In this document: one piece after another, positions 26,830 through 38,557 of the stretch
How the letters are laid out: each line of letters begins with the position of its first letter
Numbering within the stretch: the first letter of the stretch is position 1
DNA from: Mobula hypostoma
Lineage: Eukaryota
Assembly (NCBI RefSeq): GCF_963921235.1
Contig: NC_086097.1
Span: 144,648,001 to 144,712,000, forward strand
Direction: 5' to 3'
Length of the DNA: 64,000 nt
Position numbers and translations under genes: made by a program
The notes under the pieces: generated by a model
The model's database searches: none
The model's input: the letters and a program-made list of their open reading frames with translations, nothing else
What the model was told of the DNA's origin: nothing

Positions 26830-29800
26830 ATAAAGGATTTAGAGAAAGAGGGGCTTGCAGTCTTGAGACAAATTAGGGTGGCTAAATTCTGAGAGCCCGA
26901 AAAGGTGGTCCTGCTTAACCTGTGGGAGGCAGTGCAGAAATTACAGGGACCCTCATAGAGGTATTTAAAACATCCTTATTCATTGGTGAAGTGGCGGAGG
27001 ATTTAATTATAGGCCAGGGAGCCTGACATCAGTAGTAGACAAGTTATTGGAAGGTATTTGGAGGGACCAGTTATATAGTTCTTATAAAAAGTATTCATAT
27101 CCCTTGGAAGTTTTCATGTTTTATTGTTTTACACAATTGAATCACAGTGGATTAATTTGGCTTTTTTTGACACTGATCAACAGAAAAAGTCTCTTGTGTC
27201 AAAGTAAAAACAGATCTTTACAAAGTGATCAAAATTAATTGCAAATATAAACCCAAAGTAATTGAATACATAAGTACTCACCACCTTCAAGTCAATATTT
27301 AGTAGATGCTCCTTTGACAGCAAATATAGCTTTGAGTTTGGGTGGATAAGTTTCTATCAGCTTTGCACATCTAGACGCTGCAATTTTCCCCCATTCTTCT
27401 TTACAGAACTGCTCAAGCTTTGTCAGATTGCATGGGGATCGTGAGTGAACAGCTCTTTTCAAGTCCAGCTACAAATTCTCAATTTGATCAAGGACTGAAC
27501 TCTGATTTGTCCACTTCAGGACATTAACTTTATTGTATTTAAGCCATTACAGTGTAGCTTTGGCTTTATGCTGGTGTCATTGTCTTGCTAAAAAAACAAA
27601 TCTTCTCCCTAAGTCGCGGTTCTCTTGCAGGCTGTATCAGGTTTTCTTCTAGGATTTCCCTGTATTTTGTTGTATTCGTTTAACCCTCTACCTTCACAAG
27701 CTCTCCATTGCCTGCTGCAGTGAAGCATCCCCACAGCATGATGCAGCCACCACAATGCTTCATGGCAGGAATGGTGTGTTTTTGATGATGTGCAGTTCTT
27801 TGCTTAAGCCAAACTAAGAGTTTAGTCTGATGGCCAAAAAGCTCAATTTTAGTTTCATTAGACCATAGAACCTTCTTCCAGCTGACTTCAGAGTTTCCTA
27901 CATGCCTTCTGACAAACTCTAGCCAAGATTTGATGTGATTTTTTTTCAACAGTGGCTTTCTCTTTGCCACTCTCCCATACAGCTGTGACTGGTGAAGCAC
28001 CCGGGCAACAGTTGTTGTATGCGCAGTGTCTCCCATCTTAGTCACTGAAGCTTGTAACACCTCCATAGTTGTCATATGTCTCTTGGTAGCTTCCCTCACT
28101 AGTCTCCTTCTTGCACGGTCACCCATTTTTTAAGGATAACCTGCTCTTGGCAGATTTTTAGGCAGATATACAGCTGTGCCATATTCTTTCCACTTCTTGA
28201 CGTAACTGTACTCCAAGGGATATCAGAGACTTGGAAATTTTCTTAGATCTATCTCCTGACTTATGCTTTTCAATAACCATTTTGCAAAGTTGCTTGAAGT
28301 GTTCTTTTGGCTTCATGGTGTAATTTTAGCCAGGATACTGACTCACCAGCTGTTTGACCTTCCAGATACAGGTGTATTTTTACTACAATCAACTGAAACA
28401 CCTTGACTGCACACTGTGATCTCTACTTAACTAACTATATGACTTCTAAAACAAGTTGGCTGCAGCAGTGATGTTTTCATATGTCATATTAAAGGGGGTG
28501 AGTACTTATGCAATCAATTATTTTTGTTTTTTATATTTGCAATTAATTTAGACCATTTTATAGAGATTGGTTTTCACTTTGACCCAGAAGAGGCTTTTTC
28601 TGTTGTTCGGTGTCAAAAAAGCCAAATTAAATCCACTGTGATTCAACGTTGTAAAACAATAAAACATGAAAACTTCCGGGGGGGGGGGGGAATTCTTCTT
28701 TATAGGCACTGTATAAGTGGTTGGATAGATAGGGACTGATTAGGGATAGTCAGCCTGGCTTTATGAGTGGTAGGAATCTGCCTAACCAAACCTATAGAGT
28801 TTTTTGAGAAAGTCAACAGGAAAGTTGATGAAGGCAATGTAGTGGATGTTGTCTACATGTACCTTTGTAAGGCCTTTGAAATGATCCCGCATGGGAGGTT
28901 GATTAAGAAGGTTCAGTACTTGACATTCAGGATGAGGTAGTAAATTGAACTCACAGGAGAAGCCAACGAGCAGTGGCAGTAGATGGTCGTCCCTCTAACT
29001 GGAGGCCTGAGATTAGTGGTGTGCCACAAGGATCGGTGATGAGTCCATTGTTGTTTGTCATCTATATCAATAATCTGGATGATAATCAAGATTGGGGGTG
29101 TAGTAGACAGCAAGGAAGGTTATCAAAACTTGCAGCGGGATATGGACCAGCTGGAAAAATGGGCTGAAAAATGGCAGATGGGACTTAATGCAGGCAAGTA
29201 TGACCTGCTGCATTTTGGGAGGACAGACTAGGGTAGGACTTCCAATGTGAGCAGGGCACTGAGAAATGCAGTAGAACAGAGGGACCTGAGAATGAAAATC
29301 TATAATTCCTTGAAGTTGGCATCACAGGTAGATAGTGTCATAAAGAAAGCTTTTGGAACATTGGCCTTCATGAATCAGAATACTGAGTAGAGCAGTTGGG
29401 ACTTTATGTTAAAATTGTATAAGATGTTGGTGAGGCTTAATCTGGAGTATTATGTGCAGTTTTGATCACTTATTTATAGAAAAGATGACAATAAGATTAA
29501 AAGAATGCAGAGAAAATTTACAAAGATGTTGACAAAACTTGAAGACCTGAGGTATATGGGCAGGTTGAGCAGGTTCGGAATTTATTCCCAAAAGTGTAAG
29601 AGAATATAATAAGATTTGTTAGGGATATTCAAAATTATTAGGGGTATAGATAGGGTAAATGCAAGCAGGCTTTTTCCACTGAGGTTGTGTGAGACTAGAA
29701 CTAGAGGTCATGGGTTAAGGGCAAAAGGTGAAATGTTTAAGGGGAACATGAGGAAGACCACCTTCACTCAGAGGATGATGAGAATGTGGAATGAGCTGCC

Positions 29801-29970
29801 AGGGGAAAAGGGTGGATGCAGGTTCAATTTCAACATTTAATAGAAATTTGCATAGATACATGGATGGGAGGGGCATGTGCAGGCGCAGGTCAAGGGGACT
29901 AGGCAGACTAACAGTTCAGTATGGACTAGATTGGCTGAAGGGCCTGTTTCTGTACTTTTGTGTTTTATGA
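26830..29970 (+). mobile_element. CR1 LINE RT/3' fragment, interrupted by Tc1
   Basis: SGVPQGSVMSPLLFVIYINNLDD (28973-29167), FKIIRGIDRVNASRLFP (29616-29840), CR1 tail ggcctgtttctgtac. Confidence 0.9.
27076..28711 (-). mobile_element. Tc1-family DNA transposon (long IR/DR-type TIRs), decayed transposase
   Basis: About 210-bp inverted termini (right end ...tataggcactg|ta), TA at both flanks; ORF 27680-28126 (RRLVREATK..YGRVAKRKPLL..WKKVLWSNETKIELFG..KHCGGCIMLWGCF) and QDND remnant. Confidence 0.92.
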
Positions 29971-30049
29971 CTGTATGTATAAACAAGTTCCCAAACTACT
30001 ATCAGTTTCCTTTCTGTTATTAAACCAGGTGCATGAATCAACCCTGTAC

Positions 30050-30435
30050 AAAAATTACATTGAATCCTTCTACAAGGAATGCTACCACAATAAAGCAGCA
30101 TCCATCATCAAGGACTCCCATCATCCAAGCCCTTTTACCTTCGGACAGGCAGTTCAGGAGCATGGAGTCCTATGCCTCTAGGTTCAAGAACAATTATTAA
30201 CCTACAACCATTAGGCTTCAGAGCTAGCTTAGATAACTTCACTTACCTCACTGAAATGACTCCTCAAGTTATAGACTCACTTTCAAAGACTTTACAACTC
30301 AGTTATAAAACTACAACTATAGTTTATCTAAATTCTATTGTATTTCATAATTTTCCTGTAAATGCCTGCAAGAAAACATATCTCAAGGTAGTATATGATG
30401 AAATATATGTATGTAGATAATACATTTACTTGAAA
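30050..30435 (+). mobile_element. Rex1/Babar 3' fragment
   Basis: KAASIIKDSHHP motif; tail gcctgcaagaaaacatatctcaaggtagtatatg matches 5413-5450. Confidence 0.75.
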
Positions 30436-30466
30436 TATGATAATCCTACAAACATGCAATTATACA

Positions 30467-31327
30467 TCATCATCTTCATCATCATCAGGTGTCATGCCCA
30501 GTTTGAGCTTTGACTGCCATAGCCCACACACTCCTGTTTCGGGTCAAGTGGATCAATTCATTGGTATTCATTTCCAATTCTCTGGCTGCTGTCTCCATCA
30601 TCATTTGTCTTTGTCTTCCTCTTGCTTTCTTCCCTTCAATCTTTCCCATAATTACCGTGGATTCTAACTCCTCTTTCCTATTCACATGTCTAATGAAGTT
30701 ACGTTGCCTTTTCATGATCTCATACATTATTTCTCTTTTTGTGTTTGCTCTGTTCATGACACCCTCGTTAGATATTTGATTCGTCAATGATACTCTTTGC
30801 ATCCTCCTCAAAAACCACATCTCTGCTGCTTCAATTCGTTTCCTCATGTTACTAGATATTGTCCAATATTCTGAGCCATATAACATAACTGGATAAACGT
30901 AACATTTCAGTACTTTGAGGCGGGTTGTCATGCCTAGTTTAGTACTGGTCCGTATACTCCTCATTCTTGTAAAGGTGCCTTTTGCCATCCCTATTCTTCT
31001 TTTGATGTCCAAGTTGCACCTGCCATCTGATGTCACCCAGTTTCCTAAGTAGCAAAAGTTCTGTACTTAAAAAAATAAGAGACATCTTGGGAATCAAAGT
31101 TGACGATGAAAACATCAATAATTTCAGATATGCAGATGACACTGTGTTAATTGCAATTACGGAGGAAGAACTACAAAACTTAATTGATATAATTGTTGAA
31201 GAAAGTGCATAAATGGGTCTATCTATCAATTGCAAAAAGACAGAATTTGGTGATATCCAAAAAGAAGGAGAATCTTATTTGCAGGCTGAGAATAAACGAG
31301 GAAAACATAAAACAAGTACAGAAATTT
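30467..31327 (-). mobile_element. RTE-clade LINE with inverted 5' segment
   Basis: 30467-31066 (-) RT C-terminus (DIKRRIGMAK..YPVMLYGSE.W..EAAEMWFLRRM) with (gat)n tail; 31067-31330 (+) RYADDTVLIA segment; TSD tgcaattataca at 30455-30466 and 31328-31339. Confidence 0.92.
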
Positions 31328-31674
31328 TGCAATTATACAGGTTTTTCAAACCTAAAGAAAAATAGATATTTCTGGAAATATTCAGTAGATGGACACAGCA
31401 GTAAGAAGAAACTCGGAGCTAACATTTCGGATCAGTTTTTTCCGATAAAAAAATTATTGCCCTGCAATGTTAGCTCGTTTTTCCTCTCTATATGTACATC
31501 CTAGTCTGCTGAATAATTCCTGTATTTTTCATTTTTATAATCAATTTTATGTATTTTTTATCCATATGCCTACTAAAGTAATTATTTTACATGATAGTTC
31601 CAAAGGCAACAATTCCTCCTGGCTAACTTCAGCAAATGCTGGAAGAATAGTTGGTTGCTTCTTTTAATTGCAGA

Positions 31675-32550
31675 CTCGAGAAGCTGCAGATGCAGGAATC
31701 TGGAGCAACAAGCTGAACTTGCAAGATTCATCGTTTATGCCATTGGGCTGTCAACTATTCAAGTGGGTCATGATGTGCTGTTCCTCTAATTTACATTGAG
31801 CCTCACCCAGGCAGTGGAAAAAGCTGAGAATGGACAGGTTAGCGTGGGAATTAAGGGGAAATGAAATGGGATGCAACTGGTAGAACTAGATAGCTATTAC
31901 TCTGCAAATCAGTCTGTATTTGGTCTCACCGATGTAAAGGAAGTCAGATCAGGAGCATTGACTAAAAAGTGGTTGAAGATGAAGGGGAGATGGCTAGTGA
32001 TGCGCTCTCAATGCAGCTATTGGATATGATGAATGATGATGTGCTGGGGCCTAGTAGGATAAAAAGTAAGGAGCAGTCGATCTCTATCTCAGTTCCGTGT
32101 AAAAGGAGGTGGGATCAGATTAGATGTCTGAAGGATTGAAGAAGTGTAAGAGAAGGTTTCTTCAACCACAACAGAAGGAAAGCCATGCTTCCTGAAAAAG
32201 GAGGATATTTCAAGTGGCCTGAAATAAAAGATCTCATCTTGAGAACAGCTGCAGCAGGGTAGAAAAACTGAAAGAAAGAGATGGCATCCTTTAAGGGTAC
32301 AGGGTGAGAAGAGCTGTAATCCGGGTACATGTAGGAAGGAATTAATGCATTTCTGTGTCTGAGATGGGATTGCAGAGATCCAGAGAAAAAGGAGGTGGGG
32401 AGGAGTATCGGAAATGCTCCAAATTAATTTAAAAGCTGTCTGAAAGCTAGTAGCAAAGATTATAAAATTGACAAGTTCCACATAGTGCAAGAAGTATCAC
32501 CAGTCCATGTTATTGAGAGTGTTGTGGAGCAATATCAGAGAAGGTTTGGA
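31675..32550 (-). mobile_element. Old Penelope-like element fragment (RT C-terminus, GIY-YIG, tail)
   Basis: ORFs 32089-32490 and 32115-32330 (CSQDEIF..SSFFRKHGFPS; DYSSSHPVPLKDAISF) are homologous to the young PLE. Confidence 0.75.
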
Positions 32551-34019
32551 ACAATGACTGTTACCTTGCCCCCCAGCAGAAGCTGCTTGATCTACTGAGT
32601 TCCTGCAGCAGATTGTTTGTTGCTCTCGATTCTATCATATGCTGTCTCTTGTGTCCCCTGACCTTAGATGTCTCCTATCATTCATAACTTGTGCATTGAC
32701 TTGGCTCACAAAGAATAGGTTTAAGCCTTGGGTAAGGCCAATTAAATATCAAATGATACCTTACACTTTGGGCAACAGTGAACATTCCAATAATGGGACT
32801 ATGTCCAAAATGGCTGAGGGCATGTAATCTTGGAGGAGTCGATGAATATCCAGATTCACCACAGCTGTTGAAATGAAAATGAATGAAAGAAATGTTGGAA
32901 TCCTGAGAGAATTCTACTGGATTGTTTCACATTTTACAGCCCAAAGATTTGCCCATTTGCCCCAGTAGTCAAGGTTTGTGTTTTTTCTCCAAAAAAGCTC
33001 TTTGACGCTGTCACATTGAAAGTAATGGAGCCAAAGATGGAATCTTTGTCTCTTTGTCCCACTGCATCTGCATTAACTATTGAACACACATTTACGTTAA
33101 TCCCACTTTTCCTCGTGCATCCCCTCATTAGTCAAGTAATACAGAGAAGCAATGGCCTTTAAGAAAAAGACCACAGTTAACATATTGTTTAAATACTATT
33201 CCCAAAATGTAAGCAGATCTCAAATTCTGAAAATGATAGAAAGCTAGAGAACAAGAGGGAAAGAGAGAGAGGAAAAGCAAATGTTGTTATAGTAAGGTAC
33301 TTCAAACAGCCAAAATAAATTACAAGAAAATCTTTAAAAGAATTTATTATTGACTCTGAATTAAAGTTGGCCAGAACCTTGGGTAGAATTTTTGTATTAT
33401 CTTTGAACTATCTTCCATGTTCTAAATCATTATTTGTGTAATACTATCCACAAGACATACAACACAGCAACTTGGCAAGACTTCTTTGGTAGTGAGACCC
33501 AAACTTGCAGCCTCTGTCATCCATCAGTCTCAGAACAAAAGCAGTATGGGAATCCTATCACACCCATTTTTTTTCCCTGATTCACATTTCTCTAGAATCA
33601 TCCCTTCGTTGTCATCAGGTTAAAATTCTGCAACTTAGATCTTAAACAGAATTCCTGAGTTTCAAGGAAAGCATTCATCATTGTCATGACAAAGATAAAA
33701 CAATGCTAATTTCCACATGCTGGAAATTATTTTAATTAGTATGGATAGAATGCTTAGAGAGATGCCCATGCACACTTAATTCATTTACAATATGCCAGAA
33801 GAAGATTTCCACCTCTGAGCACGACTGTTTACTTTGACTGTACATATATGTACACATTAGACAATATTAATATTAATACACTCAATGGCCACATTAATAG
33901 GTATGCCTGTACACCTGCTCACTAATACAATACCTAATCAGTCAATCATCCAGTTCACATGTTATTAATAAGCCAATTTCCAATGATTATTTACTATATG
34001 TAAGATTATTTGTAGCAAT

Positions 34020-34625
34020 ACACAGGTTGGGAATCTTCTCTCTGGCTAGACTATGAGGTGATCTTATAGAGGTGCGTAAAGTCATGAGGAGCCTATATAG
34101 GGAGAACTCACTCAGTCTTTTTCCCAGAGTTGGAGAATCAAAAACTAGAAGGCAGAAGTTTAAGATGAGAGGGAAAAGATTTAATAAGAACTTGAGAAGC
34201 AATTTTTTTTACACCAGGGGCAGTGGTGGTGGTTGTCTGTTGCATCGGACAATGACTGAAACTTGTGTAGGAGAGTTTTTAAAGTGGAAAAACCATTGCT
34301 CTGGGACAGTTCAACTCTCTCGATGTCAGAAGTCCGGGTCCAGTGGTCTGAGTACTCGTCACAAAGTGGGGTCTTCCTTGGTTGCAGTGGATAAACATGA
34401 CTTCTTATGTGCCTTGTCGTGCCCTTTGCTCTCCACAAGATTTGCCAAACTGCCTTGAGGCTGGTGCAATGCAACTTTTAAAAGACAACTTTTAAATACA
34501 ACTTTTAAAAGACAGCTCAAAAGGCTATGGGCCAGGGGCTGGTAAATGGGACTAAACTGGATGGGACATCTATTGTATGGACCACTTAGGCTGAAGGGCC
34601 TGTTACATTGCTGTTTAATCCTATA
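34020..34625 (+). mobile_element. CR1 3' fragment with a ~240-bp SINE-like insertion (about 34222-34455)
   Basis: SLFPRVGESKTR..FKMRGKRF..LRSNFF, then unrelated sequence, then the CR1 tail resumes. Confidence 0.7.
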
Positions 34626-35749
34626 AATATAATATTCTTAACAATACCAAAAATAAATCAAATACTTATGCAAATCACTCTAATTTTTGTGCAGGTATAT
34701 ATTGAAAATAATTCTCAAGATTTGAGAATGTCTTGAAATGTTTTATCTTTGAGATGGTAATGATGAGTCTTTCCGTGGAGAGTGAGTACTGAAAATAATC
34801 CACAATTCTGTTCAAGAAGCAAGCTGCAAAATTTTGAGCCTATCACATTTTAATTGAAGGACATGACAATGGCCTGTCAAGAAGAGCTAGTAGTCATAAA
34901 AAAGCACTTTGACGTTAGCCTTTAATCTTCTGCTTTTGTGTCTTCATCTGGCAGGACAACATACTGTATTATACTACTATTGTTCTCTCTGTCAAAATAT
35001 TTTTCTCAATGTGTAAGTGTAGAGGCCTTCAGTATGGTGACTCACCTGTGGTGTGTGTTTGAGTTGCTTTTGGTTGCTCAGCGCTCTGTGTTTGTTGCTT
35101 TCCTTCTCCAATATATCACCTTACAACCCCTACTCCTCCACCCCAGATTCCGCCTTGCACTTGGCAGGGCATTTGCAATGATTTCATTGGAGCTCAGTTA
35201 ATCACTGCAGGGTCAATGTGTGGTTTGTGTGGTTGGAGTTCTCAAGTTCCCATAGGTCAACAGAACCAATGTAATGATGTAAGATTTGAATAAGACACTA
35301 TAGAATGACTAAGTCTCACTTAAAGTTGTTAGGAAATACTCATATTGCCTTTGAAGAGTCAATTTTCCTCCCAGTTGCTTTACAGACAAATTAAAATGAT
35401 ACATAGCAGAACATTTATGCTGCTGTCAGTAAAGTCATACTCTCTGTCTGAAACAGGCTTGAGTGAATAGTTTGATATGAATCAATACCAGACCAGCATA
35501 TTCATGCTATACTTAATCCTTATTATTTGCTGCATACTTGTTTTAATGAGAATCAAGAGCAGATGCCTGACTATTTCCTTATTTTATTTTATTGCCCCTC
35601 TCCAGTAGAGTTAAAGCGTTAATCTCATCCTTTCCTTCTCTCCCCACATACATTTTTTCTCTAGTGAATAACTTAGCCAGTAAACTATTTTAGCAGCATT
35701 GGAGAGATAGCTCTTGTATTATTGAAGGCAAAGTGAAACAATTTGCAGG

Positions 35750-37500
35750 GATGGCAAGTTGAGAATAGATATAAGACCACTAGAAATAATAACGGGCAAC
35801 AAGGAGTTGGCAGATGAACTAAATGAGTATTTTGCATCAGTTTTCACTGTGGAAGACATTAGCAGAGTGCCCAGAGTGACGGAAGAGAGGTAAGTGTAGT
35901 TACTTTTACAAGGGAGAAGGTGCTCAAAAAGCTGAGAGACCTCAGGGTACATAAGTCACCCAGACCAGATGAACTGCACCCTAGGGTTCTGAAAGAGATA
36001 GCGGGAGAGATTGTGGAGGCATCAATAATGTTCTCTCAGAAAATTACTGGAAAATTGTGAATGTCACTCCACTCTTTACGAGAGGAGGAAGGCAGCAGAA
36101 AGGAAATTATAGACCAGTGAGCCTGACCTCAGTGGTTGGGAAGATGTTGGAGTCAATTGTTAAGGATGAGGATATGGTGTACTTGGTAACACAGGACAAG
36201 GTAGGACAAAGTCAGCATGGTTTTTTTCAGGGAAAATCTTGCCTGACAAACCTGTTGGAATTGTTTATGGAGATTACAAGTACGATAGATAAAGGGGATG
36301 CAGTGGATGTTGTATATTTGGACTTTTAGAAGGCCTTTGATAAGGTGCCACACAAAAGGCTGCTTGCCAAGTTAAGAGCTCATGGTATTACAGGAAAGTT
36401 ACGCTAGGTTAGAGCATTGGCAGAATAGTAGGAGGGAGTAGTGGGAATAAAATTATCCTTTTCTGGTTGGCTGTCAGTGACGAGTGGTGTTCCACAGGAG
36501 TCGGTGTTGGGACCATTTTTTTATGCTGCATATAAATGATGGAATTGGCTTGGTTGCCAAGTTTGCAGACGATATGAAGATTGGTGGAGGGGCAGGTAGT
36601 GTTGACGAAACAGGTAGGCTACAGAACGACTTGGACAGATTAGGAGAATCGGCAAGAAAGTGGCAAATGAAATATAATGTTGAAAAATGCATGGTCATGC
36701 ACTTTTGTAGAAGAAATAAGTATGTAGACTATTCTGTAAATGGGTAGAAAATCCAAAAATCTGAGATGCAAAGGGACCTGGGAGTCCTTGTGCAGAATAT
36801 CCTAAAGGTTAACTTGCAGGTTAGAGTCAATGGTGGGGATTGCAAATGCTATATTAACATTCATTTCAGGAGGTCTAGAACATAAAAGCAGGGAGGTGAT
36901 GCTGAGAATTTGTAAGGCACTGGCGAAGCCTCACCTTGAATATTGTGAATAGTTTTGGGCTTCTCATCAAAGAAAAGATATGCTGGCTTTGCAGAGGGTT
37001 CAGAGGAAGTTCACAAGGATGATTCCAGGAATGAAAGGGTTATCATATGAGTAACGTTTGATGGCTCTGGGTCTGTACTCCCTGGAATTTAGGTGGTGAG
37101 TGGGGAATCTCACAGATACCTTTCAAACGTTAAAAGGCCTAGACAGAGTAGCTGTGGAAAGGAGGTTTCCAATGGTGGGGGAGTCTAGGACAAGCAGGCA
37201 CAGCCTCAGGATACAGGGGTGCCCATTTAAAGCAGAGATGTGCATAAATTTCTTAGCCAGAGGGTGGTGAATTTGTGTAATTTATTACCACAGGCAGCTG
37301 TGAAGGATACATTATTGGGTGTGTTTAAGGCAGGTTTTGATAGGTTCTTGATTTGACATGGCATCAAAGATTACAGAGAGAAGGCTGGGGTGTGGGGCTG
37401 AAGAGGGGAAAAAAGATCAGCCATGTTTGAATGGCGGAGCTGAACTGATGGGCCAAGTGGCCTAATTCTGCTCCTATGTCTTATGGTCTTACGGTTTTCT
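35750..37500 (+). mobile_element. CR1 LINE, 5'-truncated RT half with 3' tail
   Basis: NVTPLF..GNYRPVSLTSVVGKMLES..QHGF..SCLTNLLE; KFADDMKIGG; tail ctgctcctatgtcttatggtctt. Confidence 0.92.
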
Positions 37501-37609
37501 CACAATCACTGTGTCTGAGGATGGATCAATGGAGGTAGGAGGATTGGAGAGATGAAAATGGATATATGAAAGAACATTATGGTCCAGAAAGCATGGAAAC
37601 ACCAAATTA

Positions 37610-38000
37610 ATGTCAAAGTCAAGTTTATGTCCAATGCAGAAGTACATGTATGCACAGTTGCAATGAACTCTTCTTTGCAATGGCAAAACAGGCATTGAGC
37701 ATCATTCACTGGATAGAAAAACAAATTAAATATAAAATACACCTAATTTTTACAAGAAAGAATATATTAGAACAAGATGTCCTTCTCAGTGCAAAGTGAT
37801 TGAAGTGATCATGGTGTTGCTATAGTGAAGTAATGATTGGGGTTGGCTTGGTTGGTTCAGAAACTAGATGTTTCAAGGGAAGTAGCTGTTGTGGAAACTG
37901 GTGATGTGGTACCTCAGGCCTCTGCATCTCCTGCCTGACGACTTACCAGGTCATGATGCAACTAGTCAGGATCTTTCAACAGTACAGTATATCTGTAGAC
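37610..38000 (-). mobile_element. Rex1/Babar 3' fragment
   Basis: gtcaaagtcaagtttat tail; gggaagtagctgttgtggaaactggtg...ctctgcatctcctgcctga. Confidence 0.65.
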
Positions 38001-38228
38001 TCGCCACTTGATCTTTACAGATGGATCACCCTTGCCTTCCTGACCAACAGAATCAGTTAGTAACCATAGACATCAACACCTCTATCACAATTATCCTTAA
38101 AACTGGTACCCCACAAGGCAGCTTCCTCAGCCAACAACAGGAATTCTGCAGATGCTGGAAATTCAAGCAACATACATCAAAGTTGCTGGTGAACGCAGCA
38201 GGCCAAGCAGCATCTATAGGAAGAGGCG

Positions 38229-38266
38229 CAGTCGACGTTTCAGGCCGAGACCCTTCGTCAGGACTA
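38229..38266 (-). ncRNA. Minimal type-I hammerhead ribozyme in the PLE 3' terminal repeat
   Basis: Minus strand: UAGUC-CUGACGA-AGG(gucucgg)CCU-GAAAC-GUC^GACUG; intact core, stem I AGUC/GACU, palindromic minimal stem III. Confidence 0.85.
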
Positions 38267-38557
38267 ACTGAAGGAAGAGTGAGTAAGGGATTTGAAAGCT
38301 GGAGGGGGAGGGGGAGATGCAAAATGATAGGAGAAGACAGGAGGGGGAGGGATAGAGCCGAGAGCTGGACAGGTGATAGGCAAAAGGGGATACGAGAGGA
38401 TCATGGGACAGGAGGCCTAGGGAGAACGACGGGGGGGGGTGACCCAGAGGATGGGCAAGAGGTATATTCAGAGGGACAGAGGGAGAAAAAGGAGAGTGAG
38501 AGAAAGAATGTGTGCATAAAAATGAGTAACAGCTGGGGTACGAGGGGGAGGTGGGGC

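Noticed and set aside
35046..35205. Strong minus-strand donor CAG|gtgagt
   Set aside because: All three frames contain stops between the nearest acceptor and the donor; at most a non-coding exon, unsupported
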